64,000 nucleotides of DNA from Octopus vulgaris (lineage: Eukaryota). Positions 12,125 through 23,833 of the stretch are shown in pieces. The translations under genes were made by a program, and so were the position numbers. The DNA lies in contig OX597815.1 of the NCBI GenBank assembly GCA_951406725.2, positions 129,084,001-129,148,000 of the forward strand. Direction: 5' to 3'. Under the pieces are notes generated by a model that was given only the letters and a program-made list of their open reading frames with translations, ran no database searches and was not told the origin of the DNA. The number at the start of each line of letters is the position of its first letter. Position 1 is the stretch's first letter.

Positions 12125-13271
12125 TCACATCACTTTCCCTGTCAGCACTACAGCATGGGACCAGAGGTAGGACTTGATTATCTGTCCATCTTGGATTTGT
12201 AAACCCTTCTCTCCCATTTGTTTCCTCATCTTTAGTTCGGATATCAGGTTTCTCCGGCGAATTCTCTCTCTTAGTGAGTATTCCTCGCGAAAACCCATAT
12301 TGGGGTCCTCCCAGGCATGCGTCTGAGCTCTGTTCAGAAGAAAAGATTACCCTTATTGGGCGTGGTCTAGTATCTGCGGTTGGGTTCACTTGGAATCTTC
12401 CTAGCCGAGCGACCTTAAGGACACTGACCTTTTCGTTCACGGAGAACAATTCTCCAACCAAAATGGAAACAAAGTTTATGTCATCTTTTAGGCGGTTTAT
12501 GCCTGTATCACGGGTGGATTCAGCTTTACCGTAAATTATTGCTGATCTTGAGTGGGCAAAATGTTCTCTACTATGAGCTGTGGCATTCGATTCTTCATTG
12601 GAGGATTTCGAAAGGGTGGTTTCATAGCCATCGGATTTATGTCGGCCTGTGGGGTCGATCGGAATGGGTTTAGTGGTCATAATTTTCCCGCCTGGTTTGG
12701 AACTGCACTGCCTCTTCTTCGGTTTGGGGGAGCGCCACTCCCCAGATGAACTCACATCGAGATCGTTCAGAATTGGTTGAGCAATGGCATTAATGGGAAG
12801 GACAGGTGAGGGAGAATCCAAATGGATTTCATCGTGATCAGGTTTCATAGCCAAATCTGCCCCTCTGGAGTTTTGACTATGTTTCTTCTTTTGGGGAGAA
12901 CAACGGTCTTCAGGTGGGTTTGAGTCTACGCTCCTCAAATTAGGTTGGGGAACCTCCGGGACCGAAAAGGCAGATGAGGAAGAATCCGCACGGGAATGAT
13001 CATGTGCAGAAACGACCGCCGGTTCCCTCGCCTTCTTTGGCCGCTTCGATTTTGTTCCCTTCGGTTTGGACGTCTCCAGGGGAGAAATCAAGGGTGACTC
13101 TGCGTCAACAGGAGACTGTTTATTCAGTAAGAGAGCAACAACAGACTTTAGGTGCTTGACCTCTTGTTTGAGCAACAGCAACTGCTCGTTGAGCTGACTA
13201 TTGGTAGGACCATCATCTTGATGAGAAGCCCTTCTTGCAGATCTCAGTTTCGATCCGTAGGTAGCTGACAT
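12125..13271 (-). CDS. LINE ORF1 (coiled coil plus CR1-type C-terminal domain), frameshifted near 12320
   Basis: Coiled coil LNEQLLLLKQEVKHLKSVV, followed by AIIYGKAES, ARLGRF and RPRPIRVIF. The expected ending FREEYSLRERIRRRNLISELKMRKQMGEKGLQIQDGQII..VM* is in another frame, with its stop at 12125-12127. Confidence 0.8.
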
Positions 13272-14496
13272 GATGGATGGTTGACTAAAAACAATCTTCT
13301 ATGGGCTCTAGGACAAATCGGAGTTAAATCAGGAACAAAAAACAGGTGCAATCCTTGTAGGAGTAGGCAACAGCAGACAAAATCTGAGAGAGTTTGGGCT
13401 GAGCCGAATCACAATCCAAGATTGAAAGCAGACGGTGCAACGAGTCGGGAACCCTTCCTAATTGTCTGAAGCAGCTTTAGGATAAGGGATAGTATGTCCA
13501 ACTTTAGAATATTGATATGTATGCAAAATGTTCCACACGATTAAATATCATTTGACGTGCCATTTAGTACTTCAATAATTGCATCTGCGCATGTTTGTAT
13601 ATGTGTGAATAATGTGTTTATGTGCGAGAAGGCACATGTTTTTGACTATCGTTAATTTAGATTATTAATTTCTTCTTTTTTTTTTTTTATTTCTCACGTT
13701 ATTTCCTTTTAAAGTATTACTTTTTAAAGTAAATTATACGTTGGAGGGAGGGCTGAGGGTTTTAAGCATTGCTCATAGCGCAGCTTTTTAAGACTAGCTG
13801 ATCTATATTCGTCTGTATTTTTGTTGATAGTTTTATCTCCGAACATTTTATTTTTTATTTTTTTTTTTTTCTTCTCTTTTTCCTCCTCTTCCTTTCTTCA
13901 AGGCTCACTCTGTATGTATTGGTCCGAAATAATGAGAATAAAATACAGAGAAGGAAACGAAAAGAAAGGGAAAAAGACGGGATCTGTCAGTTATTATTGT
14001 TAATATTATCACCTTCACCACCATCACCATCATCAATGACCTTGTTTTATGTGTAGCCACAGCCACCATCAACACTCCATTGTGTGGGAGAATGGTTGGT
14101 TAAAGAATTCATGTTCTTTGAGTCTATAAATAGATAGGGCAGATGGTGGAGACAAAGGACGTTAATGGTCAGTAAAAGGTCAAACCAGTTTACATTTTTT
14201 TTTTTTTACATTACATTTTTACATTAAATCCCTAATACGGAACCAATTAGTAAGAGATCAGCTGTAATGGGTATTATAATACTGTACATCTTGGATAACA
14301 TATATATATATATATATATATATCATGATTTCAAATCTTAGACTGGATGGTATATTGAGTTCTTGAGCAAAACATTTCATCTCATGTTGCTCTTCAATTA
14401 CTTCGACACCCAATGCATGGTACACAGTGCACCTGTTCAGACAACATTGATTTGATGGAGTGAGAGTGAACTAATGTGTTGAACATTTGATCAGTA

Positions 14497-15078
14497 TGTA
14501 GTGGATGCGTGGATGTATTAATAAATACATAAGTTGTTTTGTAATAAATTAAAGATTTATTTTCACTACATCAATTTGTAAGCAATGCTACACATCGCTT
14601 GTACAAAATGCATATTAAGTAATGCTTGCAAATAATACATATTAAAGAATGCATAATACATGGTACATATTAAAGAAGAATATGTTTGATGGTGTGTGTG
14701 TGTGTGTGAGTAAATCATGCAGGACAATCACCTTTATGAATATTCTCTCGTCATCTCCATAAATGCGTGGCGTTCATTTAAGCGTTGGTTCTGGTTCTCT
14801 GCAGATACCTATTTCTCCGTTCTATTTATAAAATCTCAAATAGCCAGAAAAATAGATATATCGCAAGAGAGTTATCGTTAAAATAGGTCGCTGGTCGTTC
14901 CGTTAAACTTCGCCTGACCGGCTCAGGTCAGAGGTCGAAGGGGGAGACGATCCATCATTTTTTGTCAGAACAAAGAGATTCTGATTTGGCGCCTTTTTGT
15001 GCATTGGTATTTGCCGACCAATGATTCTTGGATTTGATTTCGAATCCAAGCTTAGAGAAGGAAGTGCTAATTCTTACA
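14497..15078 (-). repeat. 3' LTR (582 bp)
   Basis: TGTAGTGGATG...TTCTTACA. Read by eye, it differs from the other LTR by 3 substitutions and one 2-bp indel. Confidence 0.95.
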
Positions 15079-15685
15079 CTACCCCCCTTCTAGTGAGAAA
15101 GCCACAGAGATCGAACGATATTTGAAATGTATTATTATTATTATTATTTTTTTTTTTTTTTTTTTTTTTATTGTGTGCATGCATAAAAAAAATTTTTTTA
15201 CACATTGAACGATAAAAATATGCATGAAAGGTTTACAATTTGTATGTGCTATATGGTGGGCAATATGTATATGTGCCCAGGCAGAATTATGTTGGCGCGT
15301 TGAAAGAGATGTGCGTCTATTGATTACTCGACCTACTAGAGGTCTAATAGAGACAAGGTATCTTTCAGTGGCGAAAAGAAAATCGAGTGATAGCACGCAT
15401 GAGAACAAGATTTGTAAATGTGTGTGGATATACAGTTAGCAAAAATATACTTATGAGAAAGCAAAACATTTTGAAGAGAAAACAAAAAATATGTACATGC
15501 AAAAATGAAAGAAATGTTCATCGGCAAAGTTCGATTTTGAAATGTTCCGTAAAAGTTCATACAGACAGTTTTTTGTTTTCATTTTTTTTTTTTTTCTTTA
15601 CGTACACAAATGTTCTTTGATTTCTCTGGGTGGGTGATGCAGTTATGTGTTCATTAGGAAGATGGATACGTTAGGAGTTCAGAAC

Positions 15686-18600
15686 TTACCCAAAAACTTG
15701 CACAAACCTTGCTGGCCATCGAACTGTTCTTCCTGATTTGGTGTGTTGGGGTTGTGCAGAATCTGTGGTGTTCGCTGGAGTTGCCGAGTCTGTTTGAGGA
15801 AAAGAGGGGACTGAATGTAAGTCCTCCTCGATGAAAGCTTTTTTAAACGATCAATCGAGACCGTATTTCGTTTACCTCCAATATCGAGGACGAAATACTT
15901 GGGTTCTCTTTTGATGACCTTGTAGGGCCCGGAATATGGTGGTCGAAGTTGAGAGGGTATCCCATCATTCCTCACGAAGACATGAGTCCATGTGTTGATA
16001 TCTTTTGGGACACATGAAACGACGTTCTGTTGTCTGGGGCCTGAAGGTGATAACTGCGACATGGATGTCCGTAATCGGTGCACATAGTGTTGTGGGTCAG
16101 GGAAGTTTTGTGAAACAGGTTCGATCATCTGCCCAGGTAAAGTGAGTGTTGTGCCATAAACGAGTTCGGCCGGAGTATATCCCAGTTCTTCCTTAATCGT
16201 GGATCGAATTCCAAGGAGGATGAGAGGGAGATGTTCCAACCAGTGAGAACTGTCTGGAGCTGCTTTTATAGATGCCTTGAGTTGGCGGTGAAAGCGCTCA
16301 ACCATGCCATTTGCTGCAGGGTGGTAAGCTGTAGTGCGTGTGTGTTTACACCCGAGGGGACGAGTCAGCTCGGTGAAAAGGTGGGAATCAAACTGACGTC
16401 CTCTGTCGGTGGTAATTGTTGCGGGTGGGCCAAAACGCGAAACCCATTGTGATATCAGCGTTTTAGCGACCGTTTCTGCTGATATATCAGATAAGGGCCA
16501 GGCTTTGGGCCATCGCGAGAACCTATCTATGCAAGTTAGCAAATATGAATAGTTCTGCGAAGGTGGCAGGGGTCCAACGATATCAATGTGAACATGCTGA
16601 AATCGTGCGTCGGGCTGCGAAAATGAACCGATTGGCGATTTTATGTGCCGGTGGATTTTCGCTTTTTGGCACGCAACACAGCACTTGGTCCATTCTCTGA
16701 TATCCTTGTTGATACTGGTCCACACAAAATGGGTCGATATTAGCTTTTGAGTGGAGCGAATACCAGGATGTGAAAGAGAATGTAGAGCGGAGAAAACTTC
16801 TCGACGATATTTCTGTGGTACATAAGGGCGTTGGTAACCAGTGGAAATATCACACCAAATATGGGCTGTGGATGATGGTAGCGGAACATGCTGAAATTTC
16901 AGAGATGACGAATTCCGGAGCTTTAGAAGTTCTTCGTCATTCTCCTGGTCAGCTGCTATACGTGCCAGATCAATTGTAGACGTGGTGTGGATAGCATTGA
17001 TTTGCGTACGTGAAAGTGCATCGGCTGCCACGTTGGTCGTCCCTTTGATGTGGCGTATATCCGTCGTGTACTGCGATATGAAGTCGAGGTGGCGGATTTC
17101 TCTCGGCGAATGTCGATCCGGTTTGGTGTTAAATGCGTATACTAATGGCTTGTGGTCGGTGTATATGGCAAAATTTGTACCTTCTAGCATATGACGGAAA
17201 TGCTTAACGGCCAGGTATGCCGCTAATAATTCCCGACTGAATGTGCTGTATTTGGTTTCTGCGGGTTTTAACCGCTTAGAAAAGAAAGACAACGGTTGCC
17301 ATATACCGTCAACAAGCTGTTGTAGCACACCTCCGATTCCGGAATCGGATGCATCAACGAGTAAACATCGTGGGGCGTCTGGTTTTGGATAAACCAACAT
17401 GGTAGCGCTAGATAATGCTTTTTTCAGGGCAGCGAAAGAAACGAGTTGATCTTCGGTCAGAGCTATATCTGCATTTTTGCAGGTTCGCTGACGTAGCAAA
17501 TCCGTGAGCGGTTGCGCTATTTCAGCGAGGTGGGGCACGAACCGTCGATAGAAATTCGCTAGACCGAGATATTCCCTTAATTTGCGGAGAGAGTGTGGGT
17601 GGTGGAAAATCCACGATGGCCTTGACTTTCTCGGGAAGGGGACGAATTCCATTTTTATCGACTATATGCCCGAGAAAATGAAGGGAAGCAACTCCGAACA
17701 AACATTTAGTAGGGTTGATAACAATTCCAAATTGACGGAGACGTTCGAATAGCAGGTGAAGGTGTTGATTATGCTCTTCGTCCGAGTTACTGGCCACGAG
17801 TATGTCGTCTATGTAGGCATAGACGAAAGGCAAACCTCTAGTCACCATGTCGATAAACCTTTGGAATGTCTGTGCCGCGTTTCGTAAACCGAAAGGCATA
17901 CGCAGGAATTCAAACATTCCGAAAGGTGTAGTAACTGCTGTCTTTGAGATGTCTGCAGGTTCGACTGGGATTTGGTTGTATGCTCGCACCAGGTCGATTT
18001 TTGAAAAGATGCGAGCTCCATGCAGCGAGCTCGAAAAGTCCTGAAGAAAAGGCACCGGATAGGCATCACTGATAGTGCTTTTATTCAGTGATCGATAATC
18101 GCCGCAAACCCGCCAATCGGTCGATGATTTTTTTGGGACGCAGTGTATCGGCGAGGACCAGTTGCTGCTGGAAACGCGGATGATTCCGAGGTCGAGTATG
18201 TGCTGGAATTCCCGCTTGACGGCCTGGAGACGATCAGGTGGTAACCTTCTGGGCCTTGCAGCAACAGGTGGACCGCTGGTTTTGATGTGGTGGGTAACGT
18301 CGTGTTTTATCGGCTGGTTATGAAAAACTGGTCGCGCGACATCTGGATATTCATTCAGGATGGAACTGTGACGAGTCGTTGTCGTAAGCATTACAGTTGG
18401 GCTGACTGTGTCCATTCGAGCGGCTATACCGCGCACAGTAAGCTTGGTGGTGGTGTCGACTAGTCGTCTGTTCTTTATGTCTACCAGGAGACCGAAATGA
18501 TGCAGGAAATCGGCTCCTAAGATAGGGGTCGGCAGTTTAGTGACGACGAATACCCACTGAAATGTGCGGCATAGTCCTATGTTCAATGTTAGGGACTGTT

Positions 18601-18820
18601 CACCGTAGGTTGGAATGGGTGAATGGTTGACTGCCTGAAGACAGACTGATGTCTCTTTTCTTTTTCCAGAAGTGTTGGAGACTGGGATGATGCTGACTTC
18701 CGCACCTGTGTCAACCAGGAAACGCGTGCCTGTTACACGATCGCAAACGAAAAACAGGCGACTGTGTGGGTGCGAACCAGGAACTTCCGTCGCGTTCAAT
18801 TCCTGGCTGTGCCGTTTCCC
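15686..18820 (-). pseudogene. Gypsy Pol (PR-RT-RNase H-IN) broken by two 1-nt frameshifts
   Basis: [42 protein letters not shown] and YIDDIL. RH LVDASD, RELLA, YTDHKPL and ADALSR. IN HHCC (HSLSHPG..CVACQ), [22 protein letters not shown] and GPY. Frameshifts at about 17593 (PPPT/SLRKLR) and in the A-run at about 15840; the restored frame ends ...[18 protein letters not shown]. Confidence 0.93.
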
Positions 18821-19662
18821 GAACTGGGTGAGGAAAACGAGCACGGTACTGTACATTTTTGTGCCCGTGTTCTGAATGTTCGGTGGTACCAACACGTGTC
18901 ATGTGAGTTGCGGGTAGCACTGGGGCTTCGGGACCGTCTGCCATCTCGTCGAGATCGGCTGGTGCTTCGACGCTGGGGACTAAACTTTAGGGCTTGTATT
19001 TGGGCTGTGAGGATTTGTATTTGCGCAGCTTGCTGCGTTATTAATGCACGCAAATCCGAAATCTCGGGAGAACTGGTTTGTGCACGGAAAGGATTGGTAC
19101 TGGGAGCGGCTGTCGATACCGTTGGATATCTGTGTGGTACTTCGGCTATTTTGTCAGCTAGCTCCGCCAGTTCTTCAAGGGATGTGTTTTCTCTGGTAGA
19201 CGCGAGAACAACCTGGGTATTGGAGGGCAGACGCTGGAGAAAAAGTTGCTTGAAAATTTTTTCTGGGAGCATCTCATCTCCGAGAAGCTGTTTCATTCTC
19301 CGAAGAAGCTGGGACAGCGTTTTGTCACCCAATTCTTCCGATATCAGAAGCTGGTGAAGTCTTTTTTGTTGGGATTCTGAGGTTCTGTTTATTAACGTGG
19401 TTTTAAAAACTTCATATGAAACAGAACCGGGTGGTGCCATGATAAGGTCACATATTACGTTCGTTATTTCTGGTGACAGAGAACCGATAACGTGAGAAAG
19501 TCGAGCCGCATCGCTCAATATTCTGTGAGAGGCAAACTGTGCCTCTATATGGTGAAACCACAATGTCGGGTCGTGGGTCCAGAATGGTGGAATTTTTAAC
19601 GAGATCGCCGCTTGGAATGCCATGTTGATGTTGGCCGCTGGATTTTGTTCCGGGAGCTCCAT
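18796..19662 (-). CDS. Gypsy Gag
   Basis: [52 protein letters not shown], an RS-rich linker and the Cys/His motif CWYH...KCTVPC. Confidence 0.92.
   Translation of the reverse strand: MELPEQNPAANINMAFQAAISLKIPPFWTHDPTLWFHHIEAQFASHRILSDAARLSHVIGSLSPEITNVICDLIMAPPGSVSYEVFKTTLINRTSESQQKRLHQLLISEELGDKTLSQLLRRMKQLLGDEMLPEKIFKQLFLQRLPSNTQVVLASTRENTSLEELAELADKIAEVPHRYPTVSTAAPSTNPFRAQTSSPEISDLRALITQQAAQIQILTAQIQALKFSPQRRSTSRSRRDGRRSRSPSATRNSHDTCWYHRTFRTRAQKCTVPCSFSSPSSGNGTARN
18814..18820 (-). promoter_or_regulatory. Putative -1 ribosomal frameshift slippery site G_GGA_AAC at the gag/pol overlap
   Basis: Gag reads TCG GGA AAC (SGN) and the -1 frame reads GGG AAA CGG (GKR), which is open into the protease. 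Matches the X_XXY_YYZ pattern. Confidence 0.75.
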
Positions 19663-19770
19663 TGTTTTCGTCGGAATTTTCAGTTGCTTCGTTGCTGGTG
19701 ATGTGCAAACTGTAATTCTTCGACGCGGTTGATGAAGCTGGTTCCGGGGAAAGCGCGATTCGTTTTACGG

Positions 19771-20336
19771 GGATGTATTAATAAATACATAAGTTGTTTT
19801 GTAATAAATTAAAGATTTATTTTCACTACATCAATTTGTAAGCAATGCTACACATCGCTTGTACAAAATGCATATTAAGTAATGCTTGCAAATAATACAT
19901 ATTAAAGAATGCATAATACATGGTACATATTAAAGAAGAATATGTTTGATGGTGTGTGTGTGTGTGTGAGTAAATCATGCAGGACAATCACCTTTATGAA
20001 TATTCTCTCGTCGTCTCCATAAATGCGTGGCGTTCATTTAAGCGTTGGTTCTGGTTCTCTGCAGATACCTATTTCTCCGTTCTATTTATAAAATCTCAAA
20101 TAGCCAGAAAAATAGATATATCGCAAGAGAGTTATCGTTAAAGTAGGTCGCTGGTCGTTCCGTTAAACTTCGCCTGACCTGCTCAGGTCAGAGGTCGAAG
20201 GGAGACGATCCATCATTTTTTGTCAGAACAAAGAGATTCTGATTTGGCGCCTTTTTGTGCATTGGTATTTGCCGACCAATGATTCTTGGATTTGATTTCG
20301 AATCCAAGCTTAGAGAAGGAAGTGCTAATTCTTACA
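19771..20336 (-). repeat. 5' LTR (566 bp; inner 14 bp missing)
   Basis: Direct repeat of 14511-15078; it lacks TGTAGTGGATGCGT. Confidence 0.95.
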
Positions 20337-20445
20337 AGTATAAACAAATTATTTGTGCAGGTTGTTCAGTAAAAACTGAACGCTTATAAGTCATCTTCAA
20401 TGGGAGAGTCCATCATACATACATATATATATATATATATGCACT

Positions 20446-20487
<42 letters not shown>

Positions 20488-20493
20488 TATACA

Positions 20494-20882
20494 GGCACAG
20501 GAGTAGCTGTGTGGTAAGTAACTTGCTTACCAACCACATGGTTCCGGGTTCAGTCGCACTGTGTGACACCTTGGGCAAGTGTTTTCTACTATAGCCTTGG
20601 GCTGACTAAAGCCTTATGAGTGGATTTGGCAGAGGGAAACTGAAAAAAGCCCGTCATGTGTGTGTGTGTGTGTGTGGGGGTGTATGTTTGTGTGCCTGTG
20701 TTTGTCTCCTACCATTGCTTGACAACCAATGTTGGTGTGTTTACGTCCCTGTAACTTAGCGGTTCGGCAAAAAGACTAATAGAATAAGAACTAAGCTTAC
20801 AAAGAATAAGTCCTGGGGTCAATTTCTTCGACCAAAGATTGTGCTCCAGCAGGGCTGCAGTCAAATGACTGAAACAAATAAA
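20494..20882 (+). mobile_element. tRNA-derived SINE, family A (most abundant here)
   Basis: Head GGCACAGGAGTAGCTGTGTGGTAAG...GGTTCAGTC (A/B-box-like), internal (TG/TA)n and a ...CAGTCAAATGACTGAAACAA tail. Other copies at about 2582-2660(-), 22124-22508(+), 30870-30980(+), 38730-39112(-), 39465-39710 plus 41638-41800(-), 54690-55030(+), 61722-62076(+) and 63345-63755(+). Confidence 0.85.
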
Positions 20883-22123
20883 ATAATAATATATATATAT
20901 ATGGAGAATTCACAAAAAAACAAAAGACGAAGACAGGTGGTGTAGACAACAAACAGATGTATTAGTTTAATGCTTGGGGAGTGAAAAAGTCTTTAATGTT
21001 ACGAGCCTACACTCTTCCACAGAAAGGAACACAGAAAGAAACAAGGAGAGAAAATAAAGAATGTGTAGTGGCTAGCAATCTACACATATATGCATACATG
21101 TACAAGCCTGTGTTTTTATTTTTTTGCCAAATGGAGACAAGCAACATCTATTTACACACATATGCATGTATGTGCATGTATGAGATAAAATAATGGTCTT
21201 AATAAGGTATATGATCTCTGAGTGATTCACATTTCGTGACTGAACTCAAAACACTGATCAGTCAGCAAATGTGTGAAGTCATCCATTACAGATTGAAGAA
21301 CTGACCTACTTTTATACACATATTTCAAGTAATATAGATATTAAGAAAAAGAAGAAAAAGAATTACTGTGAGAAAAGCTGGAGTTTTTTTTTTCCCCTCG
21401 GTTCTTATTTTTTTTTTAAAATTCAGGTTTATACTTCATTTATTGATAGCAGAGTCATCTAAATTATCCACCATGGACAGGGAATCACTCTGCTAGAAAA
21501 AGGAGCCAAATCTCCCTGTAAATATATGTGTAGTAACTAGTGGCATAGCCAATAGAGGAGCAAGGGAAGTACTGCTCCCACCAAGCACATTTTTCAAAAT
21601 TGGCGTCATTTCAATGATTTTTAAAAAAAAATTCTTTAGTTACCTTTATCAGTAGTTGTAATGACATAATGACATTGTTGCTAGAACATAAAATTAATGA
21701 ATATAGAATACACTCATGCATTTTATAACTAATGAAACATTTTATGTAATTTGAAAATTGTTTAGTATGTGTCATGGTGCCTTTTCTTTATGTGCCTGCT
21801 CCCTCTTACCTTAGAATCAAGCTACACCTCTGGTAGTGACCCTCCCCACCACTAGTTTTCATAGTATATAAGTAACTGGGATCACAATACTCACCACTGA
21901 ATCAGCTGCCAGGTTGTTACAGAGTTAACTTTCTAAATTCTTGTTGGAATTCATTTACAGCTAAGTGAACTGGATCAATGTGAAATGAAGTGTTTTTGAT
22001 CATGAACACAATGCACCATCCAATCTTGGAATCAGAACCTCGATCGCAAGTGCAACATCTTAGTCACTAAGTCACATGCCTTCACATTATGTTTCATAAA
22101 GTAAGAAAAATAAAAAGGAATGC

Positions 22124-22508
22124 AGGCACAGGAGTGGCTGTGTGGTAAGTAACTTACTTACCAACCACATGGTCCCAAGTTCAGTCCCACTGCGTGGCAC
22201 CTCGGGCAAGTGTCTTCTACTATAGCCTCAGGCCGACCAAAGCCTTGTGAGTGGATTTGGTAGACGGAAACTGGAAGAAGCCTGTCGTATATGTATATGT
22301 ATGTGTGTCTGTGTTTGTCCCCACCAACATCACTTGACAACCGATGGTGGTGTGTTTACATCCCTGTAACTTAGCAGTTTGGCAAAAGAGACCGAGAGAA
22401 TAAGTACTAGGCTTACAAAAAAATTAGCTGAGGTCAATTTTCTCGACTAAAGGCAGTGCTCCAGCATGGACACAGTCAAATGACTGAAACAAGTAAAAGA
22501 GTAAAGAG
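22124..22508 (+). mobile_element. tRNA-derived SINE family A, full-length copy
   Basis: Colinear with 20494-20882 and 63345-63755. Confidence 0.85.
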
Positions 22509-23833
22509 TATGTTGATGTGATTCTTTGCTCTGGCTCACCTTTTCTTGCTCACACACCTTCCTTTATTTGCTGCTCCTACAATTGTATTCTACACTATGG
22601 TCTGTGCATCAGCCAAGTGCTCTTGCTGAGATCCTTGTGGACTGGAAGCTGACAGTAGATAGACACTTGATTTAACAGTACCTCCTTCTTACACAAAATA
22701 GGAAGAGCAAGACCTCTAATTTGGTCTGAGAGGGGATAGCAAATGTGAAGCTGTTAACGCATAGTTAATATTTCATATTCTGTTCAAGATAAAGACAGAA
22801 TAACTTTATTTTTGTAGTTGATAATGTGGAATAACTCTGGTCAGTTTTACTCGAGCAGATCCAAACAATGATTATTAGGTATCTAGAAATAATACAAGTA
22901 TTTAGCAACCATGAATATGCAAACATATAACCAGCCGGCAGATCTGGGTTGAACTTCAGTGACCATTTGCCATTATTATCATTATAAGGTGATGAGCTGG
23001 CAGAATTGTTAGCATACTGGGCAAAATGCTTAGTGATATTTCAACCATCTTTTATGTTCTGAGTTCAACTTTGCTTTTCATCCTTTCAGAAATAAGTAGC
23101 AGTTTTGCATTAGAATTGATGTAATTAACTAGCACCACTCCCCACCAAAAAAATTTCAGGCCTTGTGCCTATAGTAGAAATTATTATTATTATTATTATT
23201 GATATGATTATAATATTGATCTAGCAAGCAGGGTCTCATAATAGTGTGTATGTGTGGTGGGGTCCTGTGCGCAATGATGCCATCAAGAGGTAGGCTCCAA
23301 GCAGTACGCATTCTCTCCTGATGACCCCATACACTTGCTAGCTTCCGGTATGCAGAGCTTTCAACTGGTAGTGCTTGCATGAGCAAATTGTTTGCAAAAC
23401 ATCTAGTATGAAGGAGCGTTGATGCATAAAACTGAATGAATTGATCATATACACAACAGAATGTCTACAGTGGATTAGCACGTAAAACTTTTAAGCCAGT
23501 AGGTTATTACAATATTCACTCAGTTATGCCATTTTTAAAATAACCGCAGGATTGATGATGCAAAGACAATATAATTGGCTAGAAGACTGAATTATTAGAA
23601 TATAAGGCTTAATAATTGTAAAGTTAGTGTATATTCAACAGTATAAGACAGAGAAGAGAAATTATTTTATAAAATATTGAATGAAAATCTGAAAGTTTAT
23701 TGATCACACATACTTGATACTTATTTTTTTTTACTGAATTTGATGGCTTGAACTAAAAGATAAGATGAAACTAGAACTGAGATTTGATGTTCAAACCTGG
23801 ACACCACTTGCGTTCCAAACTCACAAAATAGAC

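Larger units (their letters stand above)
9146..13455 (-). mobile_element. Near full-length CR1-clade LINE (about 4.3 kb; ORF1 plus APE-RT ORF2, (TAAC)n tail)
   Basis: GC- and CpG-rich block in AT-rich flanks. The 3' tail (TTAG)n on plus lies at 9146-9176, a short 3' UTR at 9177-9240, and the 5' UTR at about 13272-13455 (5' end approximate). Confidence 0.95.
14497..20336 (-). mobile_element. Young Ty3/Gypsy LTR retrotransposon (5.84 kb) with 4-bp TSD AGTA
   Basis: TG...CA termini. AGTA at 14493-14496 and 20337-20340. Polypurine tract AGAAGGGGGGTAG (minus) at 15079-15091. Domain order is gag-PR-RT-RH-IN. It is inserted into an older SINE whose halves rejoin across the TSD. Confidence 0.97.

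Noticed and set aside
15094-15678. Possible env or extra ORF between pol and the 3' LTR
   Set aside because: AT-rich with homopolymer runs and only short low-complexity ORFs.
18764-19357. 197-aa plus-strand ORF, and other plus-strand ORFs over the LINE and LTR elements
   Set aside because: Antisense shadows of GC-richer transposon coding sequence with no recognisable motifs.
21538-21831. Possible MITE with TAGTGGCATAGC / GCTACACCTCTG ends
   Set aside because: The TIR match is short and degenerate and I could not confirm a TSD, so it is not listed as a feature.
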